A DNA stretch of 64,000 bases from a virus. Lineage: Duplodnaviria; Caudoviricetes. A program made the translations under genes and the position numbers. The stretch is taken from IMG/VR virus record IMGVR_UViG_3300031998_000042, positions 29,158 to 93,157 of that record, one strand, 5' to 3'. The notes beneath the pieces are model-generated. The model was not told the origin of the DNA. It searched no databases and saw only the letters and a list, made by a program, of their open reading frames with translations. This document shows positions 58,813 through 64,000 of the stretch, piece by piece; the first letter of the stretch is position 1, and every line of letters begins with the position of its first letter.

Positions 58813-59754
58813 TTAAAATGGCATATCTCCTTGACCTGCTTCAGCAAAGGCTCCATTAGGACCTGCAGCTGCTACACCACCAGTTGCAACTACATTACCA
58901 AACTGAGGCATACCTGGAACACCAGGACCACCAATAGTAGGTTCTTTAGCTACTTCCTTTGGTGTAATACTTTCTTTAGACAAATCAAGACGAAGAACTG
59001 TTGGAGGATTGTTACCTTTTTGAAGTTCTACTGCACCTGCACCAATAAAGTCAAATGAAAGGTCACCTGCTGCATTACCAGAAGCAACATTCTTCCAAGC
59101 ATTCTTAACTTTCTTAGCACGAAGAAGTTTCATCCAACAAGGAACAAACTTACCATCAGCAGTCTTGAAACAAGGCTTTGCAGTTTCACCATCAGCAAGA
59201 TTAAAGGTACCATTAAGCATTGCTGCTGCATTATCAAATAATGAACGATAACCATTAACTACTTCTTGTGAATCAATAACTACAAAATTACCTTCATCAT
59301 CATAATCAACAAATGGCAATTCAAGAGCATCTTCTTCTTGTTCAGTCAGTTTACGACCTTTAAGATAGAATACATCAAGAATGTGCTTAATCCAAGCAAA
59401 TACGTTATTAACACGCCATTCACTCTGACCTCCAGGAATAGTATCAACACTAGACTCAACAGGGAAAAGAGTTTGATAAACGTGACGCATTTCTGCTTCA
59501 TTTGCATGATTAGATGCAAAATGGAATTGAAGACGTGGAACTTTAATACCATTAAATGAAGAACTATCACCACCCTCACTCCATTCTACAGTAACTGCGT
59601 GAAGATGACCGATAAACAAACCATTTTGTGCGGCATCTTTCTCATGAAATTTAAGCTGACTAACGGCTCTAGTTTCATTACTAATACCTCTCCTAACTTT
59701 CTTTGCAGCAGGTTGTGCACTTCCTGCTACATTTTCTTTCGCATCTGTTGCCAT
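58813..59754 (-). CDS. Single-stranded DNA-binding protein (putative)
   Basis: Gly/Ala/Pro-rich tail ending DMPF; next to primase. Confidence 0.65.
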   Translation of the reverse strand: MATDAKENVAGSAQPAAKKVRRGISNETRAVSQLKFHEKDAAQNGLFIGHLHAVTVEWSEGGDSSSFNGIKVPRLQFHFASNHANEAEMRHVYQTLFPVESSVDTIPGGQSEWRVNNVFAWIKHILDVFYLKGRKLTEQEEDALELPFVDYDDEGNFVVIDSQEVVNGYRSLFDNAAAMLNGTFNLADGETAKPCFKTADGKFVPCWMKLLRAKKVKNAWKNVASGNAAGDLSFDFIGAGAVELQKGNNPPTVLRLDLSKESITPKEVAKEPTIGGPGVPGMPQFGNVVATGGVAAAGPNGAFAEAGQGDMPF

Positions 59755-59782
59755 AACTTAATTAAGTTTTTAAATGATTATA

Positions 59783-59817
59783 AAACAATAAAGGGGATGA
59801 GTTATTCACTCATCCCC
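59783..59817 (-). terminator. Hairpin/terminator
   Basis: ggggatgagt / actcatcccc stem with A-rich flank. Confidence 0.7.
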
Positions 59818-59849
59818 GACAGTTTTAAGAAAACGTGATTGATACTAAA

Positions 59850-60635
59850 TTATTCACTCTTCTCGCCACGAACGATAGGGTCATTATCTTCAACAAACTC
59901 AATAGGATAAGCTACATAAGCTTCACCACGATACTCACACTGGATTGGAGTGTCAAGAAGAACGTTAAATACACGATTCTTCTTAGTCTTGTTCTCACCA
60001 AGGTCAGCCTTAAGTTTGTTCCAAATAGCAGTATCAGTAAAGTTCAGAGGACAACCAATACCTGTAGCAGTACCTGTAGTAGCAGTCTTAGAACCTTCTG
60101 CATCATGATACTTAGGAGATTCAACATCATCAACTGAGATGAGAGCAATCAGAGTATCATCATCTGCGTCTACACCACCATTACGCTCAATAAGAGCATC
60201 ACGATTAGCATCGAGAATTTCCTTACCATGTTCAGCAATAAAATTCTCCTTATCTTCCTTAGTGAAACGAACAGAAGCCATGATAGGATTACCCTTATCA
60301 TCATATTTCTTAAGACCCTTTGCAATAGCATATACAGTAAGGTCTTCAAGAAGCTGACGCTGACCCTCTACAGAGTTAATATCAATATTGTTTTCAGCAG
60401 CATAAGCAACAATATCATCAGCCTTATTCTGAATCAGTTGCTCAATAGTCTGAGCATTATTGATAAACATAACATTCTCACCTACTGCAATACCAAGAGC
60501 CTTAGAAACTGCAGAAGTAATCATAAACTTACCCTGAGTACTATTTGCAATCAGCTGTGGGAGAGCATTAATAGTAGATGATTTTTGACCTGCGTTCATT
60601 ACACTAAATCCACCGAATTTAATACCAGTTTTCAT
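59850..60635 (-). CDS. Conserved hypothetical protein, highly expressed-type codon bias
   Basis: 261 aa in replication module. Confidence 0.75.
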   Translation of the reverse strand: MKTGIKFGGFSVMNAGQKSSTINALPQLIANSTQGKFMITSAVSKALGIAVGENVMFINNAQTIEQLIQNKADDIVAYAAENNIDINSVEGQRQLLEDLTVYAIAKGLKKYDDKGNPIMASVRFTKEDKENFIAEHGKEILDANRDALIERNGGVDADDDTLIALISVDDVESPKYHDAEGSKTATTGTATGIGCPLNFTDTAIWNKLKADLGENKTKKNRVFNVLLDTPIQCEYRGEAYVAYPIEFVEDNDPIVRGEKSE

Positions 60636-60713
60636 AACTTTAATTGGTTTTAAAAATTAATAAATAAGAAAATTAATAATATGTTGTTTAGAACAACGAA
60701 TTTCATTTTTACC

Positions 60714-61634
60714 TTAATTTTGAGTTTCCTCAATAATTTCATAGTCAGAAGGAGCAAGGTCAACCCCTTCAACTATTTTAAGTTCTCCACTTTCCATACA
60801 ACCCATCAGAACATCATCACCAATATCTCTTGCACCTAAAGTGAAGGCACGATGACCAATCAATATGCGAGCATATTTTTTATAAGTATCTTTAGTAAAT
60901 AAATCAGCAGTTTGTGCTTCAGTATAACTAAAATGACTTATAACTTGCATTACTCGTTCTTTACCATTCCCCAAATTGAAATATCTTGTAAACTTATATT
61001 CAGTAACAAAATCTATAGGCTGAGCAGGTATTCTTATAACAGGAAATTTACCTTCAGCAGCAAGCTTTTGTGCATGAATACGATTAATAGCTTTTTCACA
61101 TTTATCAGATACTTCAAATTCGTTATAAATTCTATTACTTAGGTCTGTAAACCATTGCACTGGATAAATACCAACAGTATCATCTTTTGTAGCCTCTAAA
61201 GCTTCTTTAGCAGTACGACACTTAACACAATATTGTGGAATCTGTGTTTCTAGATAAATCGTATTGCCATCAGTATACTGATACTGAGGAACATAATCTT
61301 TAGTGCATTCCCAAGTTATTCCTGCCCTTAGCAATAACGATTTAACTATATGAATATCAACACCAGTTTTGCCATTAATAACATGGATATGTTCGGTACA
61401 ACTTGAAAAAGGAAGATTTAAATCTTGAGCACGTGCAAGAATAGCTAAACCATCTTGAACAGATTTAATACCACTTTTATCACTTTGTATATATCTCTTT
61501 AGAAAAGTTTCAGCACTTGCTAATTGCTTTTCATCAAGAAGATTAAGAACACCAAAACCAGAATTAAATTCATTGTGTCTTGTAGTCAATGCACGACTAC
61601 CACCACCATTATTAGGTTTTGTATTATCGTTCAT
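60714..61634 (-). CDS. RecT/Redbeta-like single-strand annealing protein (putative)
   Basis: 'AQDLNLPF....HIHVINGK' and 'YKKYAR.LI.HRA....AR'. Confidence 0.6.
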   Translation of the reverse strand: MNDNTKPNNGGGSRALTTRHNEFNSGFGVLNLLDEKQLASAETFLKRYIQSDKSGIKSVQDGLAILARAQDLNLPFSSCTEHIHVINGKTGVDIHIVKSLLLRAGITWECTKDYVPQYQYTDGNTIYLETQIPQYCVKCRTAKEALEATKDDTVGIYPVQWFTDLSNRIYNEFEVSDKCEKAINRIHAQKLAAEGKFPVIRIPAQPIDFVTEYKFTRYFNLGNGKERVMQVISHFSYTEAQTADLFTKDTYKKYARILIGHRAFTLGARDIGDDVLMGCMESGELKIVEGVDLAPSDYEIIEETQN

Positions 61635-61660
61635 TAAGTCAAAGAGCGTTTAATTGTTTT

Positions 61661-61697
61661 ACGATGCAAATATACGACATTTATTTCAATCTACAAT
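61661..61697 (-). promoter_or_regulatory. Bacteroidetes sigma-A-type promoter
   Basis: TATATTTG -7 box with ATTG 19 nt upstream; 15-bp identity with the dut promoter. Confidence 0.65.
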
Positions 61698-63101
61698 AAT
61701 AAAATCGGAATTATTTTCACTTATTATCTGATTTTCAAATTTCTTAACTATTTTGTGCGTTTCAGTTTCCAATCTTTCCTCCAATTTCTTTTCCTCTAAT
61801 GAGTTTTTAACAAATAGTGTATATACTTTCAGGGGAGAAGAAACATCAAGTTTAGATAATCTATAAAGATAATTTTCAACATTTTCACACTGGGAAGAAG
61901 TAATTATAATAATATCTACTTTAATATTAAGTGTTTTATCTGGAGCATTATTTGTACTAAGCACTCTTATATTATCATTGTTAAATAGACTTTCAAATAA
62001 TGTCTTTTGTGCTTGAGCACCAAGCTCTCTAGGTTGTCCTTTCTTAACACCACTTTTATAAAGTATAGGCTTACCTCTCATATCTAAAGCAGGAATGTTT
62101 TCAACTTTATCATGATAATTTCCACAAATATCAGCTTCAGAACAATTATTTAAATATTGTGTAACTTTATTTGCAAAATCAGCACGTTTATTGATAACAA
62201 GAACTTTAGCATCAGGATTAGCAGTTATTATTTCTAATACTTTTTCTAGTTTATCATCAAAATCAGATAAGAAATTACATCTATTCCTAATTATATCATA
62301 AGTTTGTTTTGCTCTATCATGTAGATGATTAGGATTATACAATTCATCTACTTGTCTATTATATTCAAAAGACATATCAAGAGCGTCAGACCAACCATTA
62401 TTTTGTGCAATTTGATAACAGACTTCTATTGCAGAAATATTCAAAGAAGTATTACCAACTCGACATTGATCCATAATACCAAAATTACCAAATATGTTAA
62501 GTGAAGTTTCAATATATTTGTTATAATACTTTAAAAGTTTTAATTGTTCACTATCTTCTTTAATGGTAATTGGCACAAACTCCTCTTCTACAGGGGAGCT
62601 AAGTCGAAGTTGTTCAATATCTTCTTGTTTAAAATCTTCAAGAATAGTACAATATTTATATAATGTACCCATATCTTGAACAGAAAGTCTATTATTAATT
62701 ACAACAAGTTTAAATTTAGAACGAAGAAATTTTTGAAATATATCTTCATCAAGTTTCTTTGAATGATAAAGAACACATAACATTGGTGGATAATAATTAT
62801 CCATCTTAGTAACAAAAGATTCTGTAAGAACTTTAATATTCTTACTATCTAATAATTTTACAAATTCTTCATCATTTTCATCACCCTGATGTGTGATAAA
62901 ATCAACAATTTGTGCTCGTTCAACAAAATCACTAGTAATTATATTTACTTTTGTCGAAGGACTTTTATTATAAATTCCTTGTAGAATGCCAAGAATTAAA
63001 TATCTATCATCGACAGTTGAAGGTATAATTGCAGTACCAACACCTTTATTAACTCGCCAATGTTCAATAGCATTTACAAAAAGATTTTCAATAGTTTTCA
63101 T
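61686..63101 (-). CDS. SF2 helicase-like protein with degenerate ATPase motifs
   Basis: Helicase C-domain layout (KVLVI...; IRVLSTN...VDIIII), but no Walker A GKT/S or DExx seen. Confidence 0.6.
   Translation of the reverse strand: MKTIENLFVNAIEHWRVNKGVGTAIIPSTVDDRYLILGILQGIYNKSPSTKVNIITSDFVERAQIVDFITHQGDENDEEFVKLLDSKNIKVLTESFVTKMDNYYPPMLCVLYHSKKLDEDIFQKFLRSKFKLVVINNRLSVQDMGTLYKYCTILEDFKQEDIEQLRLSSPVEEEFVPITIKEDSEQLKLLKYYNKYIETSLNIFGNFGIMDQCRVGNTSLNISAIEVCYQIAQNNGWSDALDMSFEYNRQVDELYNPNHLHDRAKQTYDIIRNRCNFLSDFDDKLEKVLEIITANPDAKVLVINKRADFANKVTQYLNNCSEADICGNYHDKVENIPALDMRGKPILYKSGVKKGQPRELGAQAQKTLFESLFNNDNIRVLSTNNAPDKTLNIKVDIIIITSSQCENVENYLYRLSKLDVSSPLKVYTLFVKNSLEEKKLEERLETETHKIVKKFENQIISENNSDFIIVD
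62587..62596 (-). repeat. CCCCCGTAGA motif copy 21 (1 mismatch; in CDS, encodes SPVEE)
   Basis: cctcttctacaggggagct. Confidence 0.8.
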
Positions 63102-64000
63102 TCTTCATCATTATCGAATAAAGTTAAATAATCGTGAGCATATTTCTTTAGAAGAACTTTACCACTCACAGTTTTTCTTGTAGCATTTGGTTTAAGTGCT
63201 TGACTTATACCAAGTTTAATTGGATTAATTAGTTTATATGCTTCTTCATAATAATACTTATAATTAATATTTCTTTCTTCAATAGGTTTATCATCAAGAG
63301 AGTTAAGAATAATTACTGGTAAACCAGAAGCAAGTTTAGACCTAGCCTCAGTCATTTGATGCTGTTTTTGTATTATAACTCCTTTTGTAGAAACATAAAA
63401 TCTAACATGTCTTTGACTTTTAACAGTGATAACTTTATTGTTTTCAACTTTGTCATAAACAACATCAAATTGTTTTCCTACATTTTGAGTCTTACAAAAA
63501 TCAAGTATATCTTTATGATTCATAAGAGTTTCCATAACAGGAATATTATGAATGAAATAATTATATACTGCTTTTGCTACAATAGGCATATCATAACCTT
63601 TTTGCAAATCTTTAATATATTGCTTAGGGTTCATAGCACCCTTAAATTCTTCTTTACCATCTTTATGAAGAACCATATAATTATTCACATCTCTACTAAC
63701 AAGAGTATCATATATTTCATAGTCAGCACCCATTTTATTTGACTCGCACCAAGCATCAGTTATTTTATGGAATAAATCAAATTTATCATTAGGGATTTTG
63801 ACAATAATACCATCTGTATTAGCAGAAATGACATGAATACCATTAAGTTCAAGTTCTTCAATAACCATAAGAATCATTAATTGACCATTTAAGGTAGTTT
63901 GAAGTAGACACATTCTATCATACAACATAAATTTATCACTTCCAAACTTTCCAAAAATAGCATTAATAACAATCTTTAAGGCTTCAGCGGCAATCTTATT
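63098..64000 (-). CDS. Family B DNA polymerase, C-terminal part (5'-truncated by window edge)
   Basis: Frame is open to the window edge: LKIVINAIFGKFG (motif B) and SANTDG (motif C). Confidence 0.9.
   Translation of the reverse strand, partial: NKIAAEALKIVINAIFGKFGSDKFMLYDRMCLLQTTLNGQLMILMVIEELELNGIHVISANTDGIIVKIPNDKFDLFHKITDAWCESNKMGADYEIYDTLVSRDVNNYMVLHKDGKEEFKGAMNPKQYIKDLQKGYDMPIVAKAVYNYFIHNIPVMETLMNHKDILDFCKTQNVGKQFDVVYDKVENNKVITVKSQRHVRFYVSTKGVIIQKQHQMTEARSKLASGLPVIILNSLDDKPIEERNINYKYYYEEAYKLINPIKLGISQALKPNATRKTVSGKVLLKKYAHDYLTLFDNDEE

Noticed and set aside
1763-62596. Motif as a CRISPR array, a protein repeat, or invertase crossover sites
   Set aside because: Copies are kb apart without spacer periodicity and are translated in five different frames. 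Inversion between partners would break essential genes (RNAP, primase), and no recombinase gene is seen in the window.
1763-62596. Motif as an ordinary promoter, RBS or terminator
   Set aside because: Most copies are mid-gene, and orientation is unrelated to transcription direction.
1-64000. Stop-codon reassignment (TAG or TGA), known in some crAss-like phages
   Set aside because: Genes up to 13.8 kb are open under code 11, TAG and TGA end several genes at tight junctions, and the motif never occurs in the CCG-TAG frame within genes.
1-64000. tRNA genes, introns, inteins, IS elements
   Set aside because: No cloverleaf, split gene, homing endonuclease or transposase recognised by eye; a tRNAscan/Infernal run would be needed to exclude them.

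Overview
This is 64 kb of a crAss-like (Crassvirales) phage genome, with gene order resembling the crAssphage/Intestiviridae type, AT-rich, and Bacteroidetes-type TTTG-N19-20-TAnnTTTG promoters. The + strand (1-47389) holds the virion module: ring/auxiliary capsid/tail-hub genes, a large LamG/CotH-like/LRR protein and a lectin-tipped fibre, a holin-like gene, a self-contained 'CCC-protein' operon, tail ring and muzzle genes, and the ejected cargo proteins ending in a 4601-aa virion RNA polymerase (DFDID). The - strand (47862-64000) holds replication and nucleotide metabolism genes: PolB, degenerate SF2 helicase, RecT-like, SSB, primase, ATP-dependent ligase, ThyX, Gp157, DUF932, dUTPase and thioredoxin. 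The main unexplained signal is a GC-rich DNA motif with core CCCCCGTAGA (extended about SCWCCCCCGTAGAAGRA). I found it by eye 21 times (18 exact cores, 3 one-mismatch), inside and between genes and in all five stop-free reading frames. Successive copies alternate in orientation almost perfectly, and several neighbouring inverted copies share extended flanks. Secondary signals: a diverged ~110-bp element present twice, a long AT palindrome, GUGA-loop RNA hairpins, and a charge-complementary pair of mini-paralogues. Product calls come from motif recognition and synteny only; no searches were run.
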